Shown here one piece after another: positions 1-10,162 of a stretch of DNA of 64,000 bases; position 1 is the stretch's first letter; each line of letters opens with the position of its first letter. The notes beneath the pieces are model-generated. The model was not told the DNA's origin and did not search any database. It worked only from the letters and a program-made list of their open reading frames with translations. The stretch lies in the NCBI GenBank assembly GCA_963767925.1, contig CAVYGB010000002.1, forward strand, positions 2,192,761 to 2,256,760, written 5' to 3'. The position numbers and the translations under genes are program-made. Source of the DNA: an uncultured delta proteobacterium (GTDB taxonomy: Bacteria > Myxococcota_A > Polyangia > Fen-1088).

Positions 1-212
1 GCGTGGGTGGCCTGGGGGAGCGCGCGGGGCCTCGACTCGCGCCTTGGCAACCGCCGCAGACGGCGGTGCAGGGGCTCCACGCCCCCGGGAAACCCATCCC
101 CACCTCCCCCCACCCCGTGAAGGCCTACATTTTCTCCGCTGCGCGGCGGGTGGAGAGCGATCAGATCCCGTTCAGGCGAGGTCACGTCTCCCGCGGGGCC
201 CTGGGCCATTCA

Positions 213-242
213 CCTCTCCCCGCGGTCTGCCGTGGGGAGAGG
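213..242. repeat. REP-like palindrome (CCTCTCCCCGCGG..CCGTGGGGAGAGG)
   Basis: Intergenic stem-loop; same family as copies at 16835-16873 and 21569-21607. Confidence 0.65.
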
Positions 243-424
243 TCGACGCGTCTGCGCGGCGGGTGAGGGGGGGAGCAATAGGCAACTGCGGTCGTTGGCG
301 GGAGGATGGGGAGGTTGTGGTGGGGGCCGTCGGGTGATCGGCCGACGTCGCAGCGGAGCTTCATCGTGCCGGCGCGTTCGAGGGTAGTCGGGAGCCTCTG
401 GCCTTTGAAGGGCATGGCGAGGTT

Positions 425-575
425 GAAGACTGCCGCGGGCGGCGATCACCCGCACCGCCCGCCAGCGGCAATACGCCCAGAGCGCGCCGTAGCGCCGGCA
501 GATCGAGCAAGTGCAGGCGGTGAGGTGCCGCGGCACCCGGGCGACCTCGAGGCGGACGGCGCCGCAGTGGCAGAG
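425..575 (-). pseudogene. GFA/CENP-V family protein remnant (N-terminal part)
   Basis: CHCGAVRLEV...CTCSICRRYGALWAY inside ORF 210..692; no good start and no C-terminal CxxCG; boundaries approximate. Confidence 0.6.
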
Positions 576-694
576 GCGCGGATCATCAAAACGTGGCCTC
601 CCGGCACATCTTGTCGCCCTCGACGCGATGGGGACTACGCCAGATCGGCATCTCGGGGGCCGGTTCTGTGCGATGCTGGCTGAGCAGGCCAATC

Positions 695-1885
695 ATGCGG
701 TGGTTCTCGTTCACGCTTCTCATCAGCGGCGGCGCGCTGCTCGGGCATCTCTATCTCTACCGGCGGCTGGTGCGGCCGTTGCGGCTGCGCCGGTCGATCC
801 GCCTGGCCCTGGGCGCCTTGCTGCTCTTCATGACGGTGTTTCTGCTCTTCCGGGGGCCCGTGCGCGACCTCGGCCCCGCGGTGAAAAACGCCCATGACCT
901 GGTGGCGTTTGGCTGGATGGCGCTCGCGCTGAGCTTCATCGTCGCCACCGCGCTGGGCGACGCCATCCGGCTCGGCGAGGCGCTGGCCAGCAGGCTCCGC
1001 CGCAGGCGGGCCGGGCCGCCGGCCGATCCGGCGACCGTGTCGGGCGAGATCGATCCGGGCCGGCGCGCGTTCGTGCGCTGCTTGCCGGTGTCGGTGCTCG
1101 CGGGCGGCGGCATCACGGCCGCGTACTCCAGCGGGCGCGCCTTCGGCCCGGCGGAGATCAGCGAGGTGCCGGTGCGCTTGCCGCGGCTGCCCCGCACGCT
1201 CGATGGGTTGACCATCGTCCAGCTCACGGACGTGCACGTGGGCCCGTACATCGGGCGGCGCTTCGTCGAGCGGCTCGTCGCCCAGGCGAACGCGCTGGCA
1301 CCCGACCTGGTGGTCATCACCGGCGACCTGGTCGACGGCAACGTCGCCACCCTCGGCCAGGCGGTCTCGGCCCTGGGCGGCCTGCACGCCCGCTTCGGGC
1401 GCTACTTCGTCACCGGCAACCACGAGTACTACTCCGGCGTGACGCCCTGGACGCAGTTCCTGGAACAGATCGGCATCCCGGTCTTGCGCAATCGCCACCT
1501 GCCGATCGGAGACGGCGGCGGCACGTTCGATCTCGTCGGGGTCGACGACTGGAGCGGCGCCCGCCGGCGCGGCGGCCAGGGCTACGACCTGAAAGCGGCG
1601 CTGCGCGGCCGGGATAGCGATCGCGCCGCGGTCCTGCTCGCGCATCAGCCGCGCAACTTCGAGGCCGCGGCCCCGGGCGGCATCGGCCTGCAGATCTCCG
1701 GTCACACCCACGGCGGCCAGGTCTTCCCCATGACGATGCTCGTCGGCCTGGACTTCCCCTACACCCGAGGCCTGTACCGCCACCAGGACAGCCACCTCTA
1801 CGTCAGCCGCGGCTGCGGCTTCTGGGGCCCCCCCTCCCGCCTGGGCAGCCCGCCCGAGATCGCCAAGCTGGTGTTGACCGTCTGA
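695..1885 (+). CDS. Membrane-bound metallophosphoesterase (YkuE-like)
   Basis: Three N-terminal TM segments; motifs DVH, GDLVD, GNHE, LAHQP, GHTHGGQ; ATG 695 chosen as start. Confidence 0.92.
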   Translation: MRWFSFTLLISGGALLGHLYLYRRLVRPLRLRRSIRLALGALLLFMTVFLLFRGPVRDLGPAVKNAHDLVAFGWMALALSFIVATALGDAIRLGEALASRLRRRRAGPPADPATVSGEIDPGRRAFVRCLPVSVLAGGGITAAYSSGRAFGPAEISEVPVRLPRLPRTLDGLTIVQLTDVHVGPYIGRRFVERLVAQANALAPDLVVITGDLVDGNVATLGQAVSALGGLHARFGRYFVTGNHEYYSGVTPWTQFLEQIGIPVLRNRHLPIGDGGGTFDLVGVDDWSGARRRGGQGYDLKAALRGRDSDRAAVLLAHQPRNFEAAAPGGIGLQISGHTHGGQVFPMTMLVGLDFPYTRGLYRHQDSHLYVSRGCGFWGPPSRLGSPPEIAKLVLTV

Positions 1886-2111
1886 ACGTTGGTGGTGGTT
1901 CGAGTCCGACCAGTGCTCTGGGTTGGTAGCGGGCGGCGCCGACGGAAGGTACGCGGAGCTCGCTCCGCCCACCGGCCACATCCCCGGCAGAGCGAGGCGC
2001 TACCCCGTCTCCGAACGCCGGCGGGCGTCGACGAGCAGGTCGTCGCGCCGCTGGTACGTCGCGGCAGGGAGGCTCAAACATCGGGGCCTTCTTGCCGATG
2101 ATGAGCAGCGC

Positions 2112-3302
2112 ATGCTCGTGGCGCGCGCATCCTCCACCCCGACGGACGCGGCGGCCAACGGGCGGTCGGTGCTGCTGGTGGACGACGGCCCGCAGAACCG
2201 GGTGCTGTTCCAGGCCATCCTCGAGTTTGCCGGGTATCGGGTGCTGGTGGCCGAGGAGGGCGCCGCGGCGCTCGAGCTGCTGGCGCGCGAGCCGGTCGAC
2301 CTGATGGTGCTCGACTACATGATGCCGGGAATGGACGGGGCGGAGGTGGCTCGGCGCGTTCGGCTCGACCCCGAGCGCAGCGACCTGCCAATCGTCATGT
2401 TGACCGCGTCGCACGAGGAGAACCACATCGAGGCCGCCTTCGCAGCCGGGGCCAACGACTACCTCACCAAGCCGGTCGACCGGCGCATCCTGCTGGCCCG
2501 GGTGGCGTCCATGATCAAGGCGGCCGACGATGGCCGCCAGGCCCAGCAGGTGGTGGTGCTCGAGGGGGAGCGCCGCACCCTGCTCACCGAGATCGAGGAG
2601 GCCGCGCGCATCCAGCAGGGGCGCTTGCCGCGGCTGCCGATCACCTCGGGGGGCTGGACGCTCGCCGGGGCGCTGGTCCCCTGCCGGCACGTCGGCGGCG
2701 ACCTGCTCGACGTGATCGTGGATGGGGAGGGGGGCCTGGTGCTGGTGCTGCTCGACGTCTCGGGGCACGGGCTGGGCGCCGCCCTGGTGGCGGCGTCCAT
2801 CAGCGCCCAGGTGCGCGAGCTGGTCGCCCGGCACCCGGTGGACGAGACCGTCTACCAGCTCAACAACCTGCTGTGCCGGGAGAGCGACGACAAATACGCC
2901 TGCGTGGCCGTGCTCTCGCTGCAGGAGCGGCGCGCGGTGGTAGTGAACGCCGGCCTGCCCCCGGTCTGCCTGATCCGCGGCGGCGCCTGCATCGCGCGCT
3001 TCGACCGCGCCGGCTTCCCGCCCGGGCTGGCCGCCGACACGCGCTACGATGCCCAGACCTGCGACATCCAGCCTGGCGACCGCCTGGTGCTGATGAGCGA
3101 CGGCCTCACCGAGCCCTTCGGCCACGCGACCTCGGTCGACCCCGTCCTGCACCACCTCGGCTTGCTGTCCCCCGACCTGCACCTCGACGGGCTGAGCCCC
3201 ACCGTCCTCGGCGACCGCATGATGGCCCTCCTCCGCGAGGGCCACCCCGTCGATGTCGACGACGTCACCCTCCTGGTCGCCGAGCGCCTCCCCGCCCACT
3301 GA
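2112..3302 (+). CDS. Response regulator receiver + PP2C/SpoIIE phosphatase (RsbU-like)
   Basis: LLVDD..LDYMMP..KP receiver; GGD, DVSGHG, SDGL, DDVT phosphatase motifs. Confidence 0.9.
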   Translation: MLVARASSTPTDAAANGRSVLLVDDGPQNRVLFQAILEFAGYRVLVAEEGAAALELLAREPVDLMVLDYMMPGMDGAEVARRVRLDPERSDLPIVMLTASHEENHIEAAFAAGANDYLTKPVDRRILLARVASMIKAADDGRQAQQVVVLEGERRTLLTEIEEAARIQQGRLPRLPITSGGWTLAGALVPCRHVGGDLLDVIVDGEGGLVLVLLDVSGHGLGAALVAASISAQVRELVARHPVDETVYQLNNLLCRESDDKYACVAVLSLQERRAVVVNAGLPPVCLIRGGACIARFDRAGFPPGLAADTRYDAQTCDIQPGDRLVLMSDGLTEPFGHATSVDPVLHHLGLLSPDLHLDGLSPTVLGDRMMALLREGHPVDVDDVTLLVAERLPAH

Positions 3303-3438
3303 CCAGACCCCCGGGACGGCCCGCCAGCGCGCGCCGGGTGGGGGCGACCTCACGCTCGCGGGCCGATCTTTTCCACCGGCGGCTTTGCGGTCGACCGCCA
3401 GGGTGACGCGGGCAGCCGGGCGCGGCATACTCCGGCGC

Positions 3439-4017
3439 ATGCGCGCATACCTGCTTCCCTTGTCGCTGTCGCTCGCCGTCGGCTGCTCGTCCACGCAGCG
3501 GCCCGATGGCGGCAAGGGGCTGCTCGCGGCGGGGGCGCAGGCGCCGGATCTGAAGGCGCCGGATCACCGCGGGGCCGAGGTGGCGTTGCGCGACGGGCGG
3601 GCCTCGCTGGTGTTCTTCTATCCGAAGGACGACACGCCTGGCTGTACCCGCGAGGCGTGCGCCTTCCGGGACACCTGGCAGCGGTACGAGGCGGCGGGGC
3701 TGCGCGTGATCGGGGTATCGACCGACAGCGACGCCTCTCACCGCGCGTTCGCCGAGAAGCACCGGCTGCCCTTCCCGCTCATCGCCGACGGCGAACGGGT
3801 ATGGGCCCAGAGCTTCGGGGTGGGCCCGTTCTTCGGCATGACCCGGCGGGTGAGCTTCCTGATCGGGAGCGACGGCCGCATCCACAAGGTTTACCCGAAG
3901 ATCGATCCCGGCCAGCACGCCGCCGAGGTCCTGAGCGACGCCGGCGCCCTCGGGGTGACGAACCCGACCGGCAGCCGCGCCGACGCTCGGTCCACCAAGA
4001 CCGAGGCCGGCCGGTGA
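3439..4017 (+). CDS. bcp: Peroxiredoxin, BCP/PrxQ family, lipoprotein signal
   Basis: FYPKDDTPGCTREAC motif; LAVGC lipobox. Confidence 0.9.
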   Translation: MRAYLLPLSLSLAVGCSSTQRPDGGKGLLAAGAQAPDLKAPDHRGAEVALRDGRASLVFFYPKDDTPGCTREACAFRDTWQRYEAAGLRVIGVSTDSDASHRAFAEKHRLPFPLIADGERVWAQSFGVGPFFGMTRRVSFLIGSDGRIHKVYPKIDPGQHAAEVLSDAGALGVTNPTGSRADARSTKTEAGR

Positions 4018-4862
4018 CGTCCCGGCGAACAGCGGCAACCGCGCTGGTGGCGGCCAGCGCGCTGGGGATCGCCTGCAGCGAGGAAGGACCGGAGCTGATG
4101 GCCAGCGCGCCGGAGGGGCTGCGGATCCTCGCCTACAACATCCACCACGGCGAGGGCACCGACGATCAGATCGACCTTCCGCGCCTCGCCAGCGTGATCC
4201 TGGAACAGGACCCTGACCTCGTCGCCCTGCAGGAGGTGGACCGCGGCGCCGCGCGGACCGGTGGCGTGGATCAGGCCGCCGTGCTCGGCGAGCTGACCGG
4301 CCTCACGCCCCTTTATGGTCCCTTCATGGACTTCGACGGCGGCAGCTACGGGATGGCGCTGCTCACCCGCTGGGAGGTGGTGCGATCCCGGAACATCGAG
4401 CTGCCCGGCGCCTGCCTCGACTGCCCATGCAACCCCTTCCCCTGCCCCGAGGGCCGCACATCGATGATGGCCGTGGTCCGCTCCCCCCGAGACGGGAAGA
4501 CCGTCACCTTCGCCGGCGTCCACCTCTACGGCTCGGAGGCCGAACGCCTCGCCCAGGCCAGCGCCCTCACCACCGAGCTGGCGACCGAACCCACCCCGGC
4601 CATCCTGGCCGGCGACTTCAACGCGCAACCCGGCACCCCCGTGATGACCCTCCTCGATCCCACCTGGCACATCCTGGAAAAGGAAGGCCCCCCCGCCACC
4701 TTCCCCGCCCCCGCCCCCACCCGCGAGATCGACTACATCCTCCTCCGCAAGGACAGCGACGTCGAGGTAACCCGCCACATCGTCCTCGAAGAAGCCGCAG
4801 CCTCCGACCACCGCCCCATCCTGTCCGACCTGCTCCTCACCCGCCCCGCCAACGCGCGGTAG
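4014..4862 (+). CDS. Endonuclease/exonuclease/phosphatase family lipoprotein
   Basis: YNIH, LQEVD, GDFN, IDYI, SDH motifs; GTG start overlaps the bcp stop; LGIAC lipobox. Confidence 0.88.
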   Translation: MTSRRTAATALVAASALGIACSEEGPELMASAPEGLRILAYNIHHGEGTDDQIDLPRLASVILEQDPDLVALQEVDRGAARTGGVDQAAVLGELTGLTPLYGPFMDFDGGSYGMALLTRWEVVRSRNIELPGACLDCPCNPFPCPEGRTSMMAVVRSPRDGKTVTFAGVHLYGSEAERLAQASALTTELATEPTPAILAGDFNAQPGTPVMTLLDPTWHILEKEGPPATFPAPAPTREIDYILLRKDSDVEVTRHIVLEEAAASDHRPILSDLLLTRPANAR

Positions 4863-5154
4863 AGCAGCGACCGGTTTGCCCGGAGGGTCCCCGGCGTTCG
4901 TTGATCAAACCGTCCGGTGATCCAGACGCTGCAGCCCAGCGGCTCCGAGCCTGGATCGCCGGGTTTCAACCGCAACCCCGCAGGCGCGCGTACAGCCGCG
5001 GACGCCCGCCACGTCCAGCCGCTCATGGCGGCGCCGCACTCCCTGCGTGCACCCGACTGCTGCTTGTAGCAAAACGGCACTCAGGTTAGAGCCAGCCGCT
5101 GAAACCTGTGGAGAATTTGCGCCGATGGGCGAAACGAGGTGTCGAGGCCGGGAC

Positions 5155-5340
5155 GCGTGCTCGTGGGCGTGTTCGAGCGCGTGTTCGTGTTCGTGTTCGA
5201 GTTCGTGTGGGGCGAGCGTTGAGCGGCCAGGCGGCTCTCGGTGCGCGTAAATCACGCGAGCCGAGGCCCGCGGGCCGAACACGCTCACCACACACGGACA
5301 CGAACTCGAACACGCGCTCGCACACGAGCACGACCACGAC
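5155..5340. repeat. Long imperfect inverted repeat made of GTGTTC/GAACAC-type hexamer arrays
   Basis: 5155-5228 is approximately the reverse complement of 5272-5340. Confidence 0.7.
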
Positions 5341-5610
5341 AGCCGCGGCAGTCATCAGGGTTGGTGGCGGTGCATGCCGGCGAGCCGAGTGAGCATCGCG
5401 CACAGCCGGTCGAGCAGAGACATCACCGCTTCGATCTCGGTATCGGGAGCAAGTCCCAGGATTGCAACGCCTCCAAGGCGGCTGCCGCCTCGGACGCTTC
5501 GCCTCTGGCGGTGCGGAACCGTGAGATCCGGTCGGCGCCCGTTCGGCTGGATGCCTCGGCGATGCCCAGGTATGCCGACAACAGCGCGCCGAAGCTGGTC
5601 CTGCAACAAG

Positions 5611-6305
5611 CTCAAGACCGGGTGCCAATGGGATGCCATCCCCCGCGAGTTCGGCAGCGGCAGCGTGTGCTACCAGCGGTTCCAGCAGTGGCGAGCGGCC
5701 GGCGTGTTCCACATGATGCACGTGGAGATGGTCCTCTACTACGACCAGCATGTTGGCGTCGACCTGAGCTGGTGCTCGCTCGACAGCGCCACTGTCAAGG
5801 CACCAAAAGGGGGGACCTCACCGGCCCCAGTCCGACCGATCGGGCCAAACTCGGGACCAAGCGCCACATCCTGACCGACGCCGACGGCGTGCCCCTGGCC
5901 GTCACCATCACAGGGGCGAACGTGCACGACAAGTGGATGGTGGGCCAGACCCTGGATGCCATGGTCCTGCGGGGCCCTCGTGGTCCACGTCGCCCCAAGA
6001 GCTTGTGCCTCGACAAAGGCTACGACTACGACTACGCCGACTGTGAGCAGGAGGTTCGCCGCCGTCGAATCGTTCCTCACATCCGCCGGCGAGGCGAACC
6101 ACCACTGGTCGGCTGTGTTCACGGTAGGCCGCGACGCTGGGTGGTCGAGCGCACCAACAGCTGGCACAACCGATATCGAGGTCTTCTCATCCGCTGGGAA
6201 CGCAAAGCCGAGAATTACTTAGCCTTCGTTCGGCTCGCCTGTCCGCTGATTGCCTTCAACGCTGCCTCTCGTGCGTAATTCACAGGTTCCAGCGGCTCAC
6301 TCTTA
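5611..6305 (+). mobile_element. IS5-family transposase, 5'-truncated; two ORFs joined by a -1 frameshift
   Basis: OrfA LKTGCQW..CYQRFQQW..LDSATVKAPKGG; AAAAGGGGGG slippery site at 5805-5814; OrfB GTKRHILTD, DKGYD, RWVVERTNSW ending 6278; N-terminus and left end absent. Confidence 0.85.
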
Positions 6306-6846
6306 AGGCCAATGCCGGTGGGTGGGGACGCGGACCAGGGTCACGACTCGGGCGACCTCATTCCCTGCATCACGCACCCGCAACGTGAGGTAGGTCCCCA
6401 CCCGACCGTCGAGCGCGCGCGAAGTGTTGAGACCGGACGCTTGCACGTCGTTGCCGTCGATCGACAGGATCATGGCGCCGGGACGAATGCCGGCCCTTTC
6501 CGCCGATGATCCGGGGGCGACCGTGAGAACCTCGACTTCCGCCCGCGCCCGGATCGACAGTTCCACCCAACCGTGCTTCCGGCGATCCAGGAGCCCGAAG
6601 GTGCCGAGGTCGAGCACCATACTGGTCGGGGGCACTTCGAACCACCGCCGGTCTCCCGCGTGGCGCCGGGACGGGTCGGTGATGTGGAGCTGTATCAGCT
6701 GTCCCGGGGGCACCGCCGGGATGGAGAATTTGCCGGCGGCGTCGCCGCGGCCTTCCAGCGCGTGGCTCAGGCGAGAGCGAGCGCCGCCACCGCCGACTGC
6801 CCCTGAGGTGTTCTCTTTGGAGACATATCTCGCCGTCTGACCGTTC
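6303..6846 (-). pseudogene. C-terminal fragment of a PDZ-domain protein
   Basis: VAPGSSAERAGIRPGAMILSIDG PDZ motif; frame open to a TAG near 6848 without a convincing start. Confidence 0.55.
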
Positions 6847-6891
6847 TAGACTGACCACCGTTCGTGGGTTCATCGTTTCAGGAGGAACAGC

Positions 6892-7188
6892 ATGAAAAAC
6901 GCACGCGCGCTACTGACGGCAGCAGCCGTGGGCCTTCTCGCCTTCCATGGGTCACCGTTCACTGCGGATAGCGCTCGGGGTTCGCCGGCCTGCCAGCGCC
7001 CCATGGGCTTTCATATCGATTGCTCATGTCCATCGGGAGTCGGGCGGGGCTGCATATGTGCGCCCTGCCAGGTACCCGGTGGGATCTGGTGCCAGGAGCG
7101 AGACTCGGAGACCTGCAATGCCTGCGGCCTCGAATACACGCAAGGGTGCGACCAGTTCGGATCGTGCAACTGTCGGGGCGAATCGTAG
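6892..7188 (+). CDS. Small secreted Cys-rich peptide (12 Cys)
   Basis: AGGAGG RBS, N-terminal signal peptide, 12 Cys in the mature part, ends CDQFGSCNCRGES. Confidence 0.8.
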   Translation: MKNARALLTAAAVGLLAFHGSPFTADSARGSPACQRPMGFHIDCSCPSGVGRGCICAPCQVPGGIWCQERDSETCNACGLEYTQGCDQFGSCNCRGES

Positions 7189-7262
7189 TGCCGGGGAGTG
7201 GCAGCGCGGCCGCCCGGCCAGGGAGCATTCGGGGACGATGGAGATCGCGCCTCCCGCTGACC

Positions 7263-7961
7263 ATGGCCGCCGTGGCATGTGGTCTGACGGCTTTTGTCCT
7301 CTGGCGGATCTTCTCTCCGGCTTCCATGGCCAACTCGCGATCTGTCGCCGCCGAGCGATCGGCAGCTTCCACGGCACGAAGGCCCACCCACGGGTCCGAT
7401 CGCAGGATCCCGGGGTTCGCTCAGGGAGTGCCGACTTTCACGCGCTCGCAGAGCGGCCAACCAGCCATACAGGATGTGCCGGGGGCGCCCGGATACGATC
7501 CGACGAATTTTTCCGGCCTGGTCTCGATGAGCAAGGTGTTCGAGGCCGAGCCCAGGGACGAGCAATGGGCCGGTCGGATCGAAGCCTGGATCAGTGCCAG
7601 GCTGGTAGAGGATCTGCGTTCGATCGCACCCCTGGTGAAAGCTACCGTTGAATGCCGAACGACGGCCTGCCGGTGGCGTTGGTCCGCACCGCAGGAAGCA
7701 CAACCGAACACCGAAGAGGTCATGCGCTGGGTTCAGCGAACCTTGTACATGGGCTCAATCACCGAGAACACGGGGCGAGACGAGATCACGACTGCATATT
7801 TTGGGGGAGGGAGGGGCTTCACGGGTTTGCAGATGGGCGATGCCGCCGCGTTGATAGAGCGGCTGAAACACCGCCGAGCATCAATCTTGCGCAGCATCCA
7901 CGAGGGCCGCCGGTCGCATCTGGACGCGCATATCCCGCGAGCGGCGTGGCCGAAGCTCTGA
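7263..7961 (+). CDS. Membrane-anchored hypothetical protein with YDP..EPR..W..E..ECRxxxC motif
   Basis: N-terminal TM helix; clearly similar to 60324..60956; start uncertain (frame opens at 7020). Confidence 0.7.
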   Translation: MAAVACGLTAFVLWRIFSPASMANSRSVAAERSAASTARRPTHGSDRRIPGFAQGVPTFTRSQSGQPAIQDVPGAPGYDPTNFSGLVSMSKVFEAEPRDEQWAGRIEAWISARLVEDLRSIAPLVKATVECRTTACRWRWSAPQEAQPNTEEVMRWVQRTLYMGSITENTGRDEITTAYFGGGRGFTGLQMGDAAALIERLKHRRASILRSIHEGRRSHLDAHIPRAAWPKL

Positions 7962-7984
7962 GCAGGGCCTCAGGAGGATCTCGA

Positions 7985-8656
7985 ATGACTGCGTTCGCAC
8001 GCTGGTTGCCGGAAGTGGCGTGGTTCGGATTGGTGGCAGCCGGGACGTTTGGCGTAGCTGCCGCCGTTGCGACCGGTTTCGGCGAGGGCGACAGCTCGCG
8101 CCCGCTGAGCCAGGTGGCGCCTGACCACGTAGCACCCGGGCGGTCAGAAGTGGCGAGGGAGCAAGCACCGGCGTCTGCCCGCAGAGCCGCGGCTGGTGAA
8201 AACCTGGGGCGGCTCACCGAGTCCGTCCCCAGCCGGGTTCCGGTGCCCCCGCTCACGGCCCTCGATCGCGCGGCGGTGCACTCGGCGGAGGCCAGCGCGT
8301 TGCGAGGCGCCCTGGTCCAGGCCATCAACCCCTATGTCTTTCGCTCACCGGGATGTCTGCCCGCGGATCATCCCGAGCTGACCGTGGCTCAGTTCGACCT
8401 TCAGGTGCAGTCATCGAGACAAGAGGCCACGGTGACGGGAACCAGGAGCCTCCGTGTGATCGATGGCCCCGCCCTCGACCCGAAGATCCTCGACTGCTTC
8501 CTGTCCAGGGTTCCGGAGCCCCTCTTCGTGACCCCGCCATCGGGCACTGCCTTTCCCGAATTCCAGGGAGACGCCGCCGTCCGGATGTTCCTGAGCGGCA
8601 CCCCCGGCTGCAAGCCCGACGGACAGCCTCCGGCCGCTTCGTCTGACTCTCTCTAG
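7985..8656 (+). CDS. Membrane-anchored hypothetical protein with a two-Cys C-terminal domain (possibly AgmX/PglI C-terminal-like)
   Basis: AGGAGG RBS; N-terminal TM helix, low-complexity linker, C-terminal domain with a Cys pair. Confidence 0.65.
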   Translation: MTAFARWLPEVAWFGLVAAGTFGVAAAVATGFGEGDSSRPLSQVAPDHVAPGRSEVAREQAPASARRAAAGENLGRLTESVPSRVPVPPLTALDRAAVHSAEASALRGALVQAINPYVFRSPGCLPADHPELTVAQFDLQVQSSRQEATVTGTRSLRVIDGPALDPKILDCFLSRVPEPLFVTPPSGTAFPEFQGDAAVRMFLSGTPGCKPDGQPPAASSDSL

Positions 8657-9198
8657 CAGCGCCACCACCCAAGTTTTGACTTCGATGTTGCTCAGCGATC
8701 GAGGCAGACACGATCCGCCCGGAAGATCCGCCGCGGCCGTCCACGACATTCCGTCCAGGGACGCGAGACGGTCGCCGGTACGAATCCCCCGATTGAACCG
8801 TCGAAGCTCGCTCCCGTCCTCGGTCAGGTAGACCAGGCCTTCCAAAAAGGCTCTGGTTGGATCCGGTCAGAGCTCCGCTTCTCCTTTGAAGCGGCGGTCC
8901 CGGCATGCCATTCGGAAATGCTGGACCTGCTCAGGGGGCGGCTCGCCCGGCCGGCGTCATGGGGTCGTGCCCTTTCAGAGCTGACACCACTCCCCGCCGT
9001 CGGAGAGTTGCACTCCTGGCATTCGTCCGGGATGTCGACCAGGTCGCGCGCCTCCGTCGTATCGGAGACGCGTCGAGCGCCAAATCGGTTCTATGGGGCC
9101 GTATCGAAGGCCGCACGACCAATCATCGAGTGACATATACCATCGAGTCATATAAAAATGTCCCCACAACTGCGGAGGCTGGCAACAGGAGGCGACCC

Positions 9199-9747
9199 GT
9201 GACCGAGTCAGTTTCGACGGTGGTCCTCATCGATGACGATGTCTCATTCACCCATCGTCTTTCCCGGCTGCTGCGTTCGGATGGTCATTCCGTCGCGGTG
9301 GCCAGCACCGGAGCTGCTGGCATCGAATTGCTGCGAGCGGCATCGAGACCTGGAGCGATCGTTTTAGAGCCGAATCTCGCGGGGGCGGCCTGGTATCAGC
9401 TCCTCCGGCTGGCCGCCCAGCGGGTCGGCTCCTCACGGCTGCTGGTCATCACCGCCTTCTGGTCAGTGGCGCTGGCCCAGGAGGCGCAGACGTCCGGGGC
9501 AGAGGTCTGTCTGCGAAAGCCGATCAGTGATAGCGAAATGAGGAGCCTGGTGAGGAGAGCACCCGCCGATCGGGCGTTCCAGGCACCCCGGGCCGGCGAC
9601 CCGCCGAGCCTCGCGGGGGTGGAGTGGGAATACGTGAACCAGGTCATCCGCGATTGTCGGGGAAATATGAGCCAGGCGGCTCGACTGCTCGGGATCCATC
9701 GGCCGTCCCTCTACAAGAAGCTGCGCAAACATCCTCCGATCCGATGA
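9199..9747 (+). CDS. RegA/PrrA-type response regulator (receiver + Fis HTH), atypical receiver
   Basis: AGGAGG RBS + GTG; VLIDDD...KP; C-terminal SLAGVEWEYVNQV..GNMSQAARLLGIHRPSLYKKL. Confidence 0.85.
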   Translation: MTESVSTVVLIDDDVSFTHRLSRLLRSDGHSVAVASTGAAGIELLRAASRPGAIVLEPNLAGAAWYQLLRLAAQRVGSSRLLVITAFWSVALAQEAQTSGAEVCLRKPISDSEMRSLVRRAPADRAFQAPRAGDPPSLAGVEWEYVNQVIRDCRGNMSQAARLLGIHRPSLYKKLRKHPPIR

Positions 9748-9757
9748 ACCTCGCTCG

Positions 9758-10162
9758 CTACTTCCAGACTTCGACTTTTAGGCCGGGGACCTTGGGGAAG
9801 CTGCGGGGGTCTCGGGTGGCGATTGACCAGGCGCGGCCCAGGGCGGTTGCCGCGATCAGGAGATCGTGAGGGCCGATGTTGGTTCCTCTTGCGGCCAGGG
9901 TCGCCCAGAGGCGTGCGTGGACGCGCGCGGTGACCTCGTCGAAAGGCAGAACCACCAGGGTGGCCAGGATGCGTTCCACGAATGCTTCGCGGCGGGCTCT
10001 CACGGCTACCGGGGCTGCGCGGTGCACGCCATGGAGCAACTCGGAAGCGGTGATGGCCGAGAGTGCGGCCCCCTCACCCGCGCGCTGGGCGAGCTTTGCC
10101 GGAAGGTCGAAGGCGCCGCGCTCCGAAGCGATGAACACACTGGAGTCGATCAGGACTCCCAG
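9758..10162 (-). CDS. vapC: PIN-domain toxin (VapC-like)
   Basis: VLIDSS, SELLHG, PHDLLIAATAL, TRD; start appears to be CTG at 10162. Confidence 0.85.
   Translation of the reverse strand: MGVLIDSSVFIASERGAFDLPAKLAQRAGEGAALSAITASELLHGVHRAAPVAVRARREAFVERILATLVVLPFDEVTARVHARLWATLAARGTNIGPHDLLIAATALGRAWSIATRDPRSFPKVPGLKVEVWK

Noticed and set aside
1889..1915. tRNA T-loop-like GGTTCGAGTCC
   Set aside because: No acceptor, D or anticodon arms can be built around it
5241..5610. N-terminal extension of the IS5 transposase
   Set aside because: Translation derives from the hexamer repeats and unrelated sequence; transposase similarity starts at about 5611
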